Origin: Blastocystis sp. subtype 4 | Lineage: Eukaryota | Length of the DNA: 38,001 nt | Assembly (NCBI RefSeq): GCF_000743755.1 | Contig: NW_014569476.1 | Coordinates: 1-38,001 of the forward strand | Direction: 5' to 3' | Shown here: positions 35,833-38,001 of the stretch, piece by piece | Numbering within the stretch: position 1 is the first letter of the stretch | Layout of the letters: the number at the start of each line of letters is the position of its first letter | Notes under the pieces: generated by a model | What the model was told of the DNA's origin: nothing | Database searches by the model: none | The model's input: the letters and a program-made list of their open reading frames with translations, nothing else | Made by a program: the position numbers and the translations under genes

Positions 35833-37473
35833 AAGCAACGTAGTATGGATTTAAAAATACAATCTTTACGGGGTAAGATGCAGGGTCTTGTAGAGCCGAA
35901 ACCAAATTAGTAGATTCGAACGAAAATGTCTTGTTAGACGAAGTTAAGGTGATCTGCTTGATCCAGTATCCAGTAGCAATTTGCTTTCTCAAAGCAGAAT
36001 CAGCTACGCTTTTTACAAAGAGACAATTCAGAGCCTTCTCAAAATGAACTAATTCCACTTGTTTCAGTTGTTGGATCGAGTCAAATTGGATCTAGATTTC
36101 ATATCACCATCATTATATACCTCAACTGAAGGGTCCTTTGGAATCGCTGTTGTAAATCGTCCTGTATCTGTGTTTTCATAGATAGTATTATCCATCCGCC
36201 CTTGTAGCTCAATCCAAGACGTAGCTCCTTCAATTCCATTAACTCGACGTTTCTACATCATGATACTCCGAAGACATATTCACATATAAGTAAGGTTTGT
36301 GGTGAACTAAGGATGGAGTTCTTTCCAAGACACTCCAAATCGGAGAGTCTTCACAACACATGACTTTCATCTTAATCCAATGAGACCAAACACAGTGATC
36401 TCGATTGAAGTGGAGTTCTACGACCTGTTGATCCTGAACAACAGAGGTCTCAATTGTACTTAAGGGAATGGAAAGGAGTTGGATATGGTTACGATATATG
36501 GAATAACCCTCTTCGGATAAAGAGAGAGACAACGAGAAATGAGGCAAAGGAAGTGAAGAATCAATAATGGCGATTGGAATCAAGTTTTCGTTCTTCCGGG
36601 TTGTAGAAGGATTTGATCTACTGGGTTGAACAATCTCAACGGCTAATGTGGCAGTCATTCGGTTTGAAGACTTGTTTGTCATGGAAAACTCACAGAATGG
36701 AGGGAATAGAGCCGTTTTTAACATAGAACCATCTAACGAAAAGGCCGAAACAAGGAAGTTCTCAGAATACACCTCAAGTTCGATAGGTTTAGATACTATA
36801 TCCGAAAGCCATTGTTGCTGAGTTGAACTCACATTCATCTCTAATGTTCCTGACTCCGACTTCATAACCTGTTTTGAAACAGAATCTTGTACACCAGCAG
36901 AAAATCTACTTATGAGAATTGTTATATGATCCTACAATAAACTATAAGAACCATCATCAACATTTGCTAATTGGATCGAATGGATAATCATATAGTAATC
37001 GCTCATTCTAGATGACCGATTGGTGAAGAACAGTTGGTACTTTGCATTCTTTTCTGCCGTTGCACAACATTTCACCGAAAACGTGGAAGGACCAAATAGA
37101 ACATTAGCCAGAGGAATTGACCATGCTACAACATACTCAGATCGCCTATCCTCTTGTAAGAGACCAAAGACAATGTTGGTTTGCGCACCAATTTGAGTAC
37201 TTCGAATATTATTGAGAGTAATAGAATAATTTCGTAGTCGTTTGGGAACTGTAAACAGTTCATGTTCATCCAGCACTTCTGGATACATCATTACGGTATT
37301 CAAACATTGAAAGCGGAAGAGAAACTGTCGATCTCTGATAACCGAGTTTACTGGATCACCATTTATCGTCTCCACTGTAAATCGGATATCAGATACTATA
37401 CATCATCATGTCCATTCTAATGATACGTACAGTTCAAAGAAAACATCCAATCGTAAATGGATATTGATTCCAT
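35833..37473 (-). CDS. Hypothetical beta-rich (possibly C2-like) protein; stop predicted to be created by polyadenylation
   Basis: ATG 37473; ORFs 36932-37375, 36239-36865 and 35720-36058 are separated by short introns; ends FLNPYYVA then T, 4 nt, TGTTTGTT. Confidence 0.6.
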
Positions 37474-37614
37474 TTCTCTTTAGATGTTCCATAATCGGGT
37501 CCTTTCGAATGTCTTCGTCCACTTCTCTAGGAAAGAACTTCATCATAACAACCTTCTATTTCCCGCGGGAGACATCAGGTTGATTCTACCATTCATTCTT
37601 ATCTTTGTTTGCCT

Positions 37615-38001
37615 ATGGAGTACACTTTGCCCACCGAAGTTGCTGACTATGCTGTTGGAGGAGATGGATACGATCTGGATTACATTTTCTCGAAGGTTTT
37701 TGAGGGAACAACATGCACTTATGATGACATCATTTTCATGCCTGGTATGTTGTGAGATGGTTATTTGACGTGTGTGATGATGTGTTTCTGTGATAGACTT
37801 CTGAGGTGGAAGCCTTTGAAGACACTGGTCCTAACTGAGCACACATTGTTTCCTTCCATTGATCCTTGTACTAATTGGGTATAGGTTATATCAACTTCCC
37901 TACTGATAAGGTCGATCTGACGAGTTACTTCAGTAAGCATATCAAGTTGAATATCCCAATGGTCAGTTCATGCATGGACACTGTAACGGAGCACAGCATG
38001 G
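37615..38001 (+). CDS. IMPDH: Inosine-5'-monophosphate dehydrogenase, 5' part (partial)
   Basis: TYDDIIFMPG|YINFPTDKVDLTSYFSKHIKLNIPMVSSCMDTVTEHSM matches the IMPDH N-terminus; 140-nt intron at 37745-37884. Confidence 0.92.
37770..37844 (+). ncRNA. Intronic box C/D snoRNA (candidate)
   Basis: Box C GTGATGA 37774-37780, D' CTGA 37801-37804, C'-like TTGAAGA 37816-37822, D CTGA 37835-37838, terminal GTGTG/CACAC complementarity; sits in an unusually long (140-nt) intron. Confidence 0.8.

Overview
Eukaryotic, extremely gene-dense DNA with many ~30-nt GT-AG introns and a TGTTTGTT-type motif at gene ends. This is the signature of the anaerobic gut stramenopile Blastocystis (organism inferred). I spliced about 20 protein genes by hand: RPL15 (3' end), an XMAP215/TOG protein, OST3/6, an acyltransferase, CCT3, MLH1, PP1, a ~2,300-aa secreted bacterial-Ig/FN3 protein, a PAM2 low-complexity protein, a globin-like/hemerythrin fusion, two MFS transporters, a 71-aa tail-anchored protein, SERRATE/ARS2, a DnaJ protein, a FANCE-like protein, NBP35, two hypotheticals and IMPDH (5' end, with an intronic box C/D snoRNA). 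The top finding is invisible in the ORF track: an 11-intron gene (22662-24112, minus) that splices in frame into a ~365-aa protein. It has a candidate myristoylation start, a globin-fold domain apparently lacking the proximal His, and a hemerythrin with all seven di-iron ligands; two adjacent introns are U12-type. Five genes have a T or TA exactly 4 nt before the poly(A) motif, predicting UAA stops made by polyadenylation. All gene models are manual and unverified by transcripts or searches.
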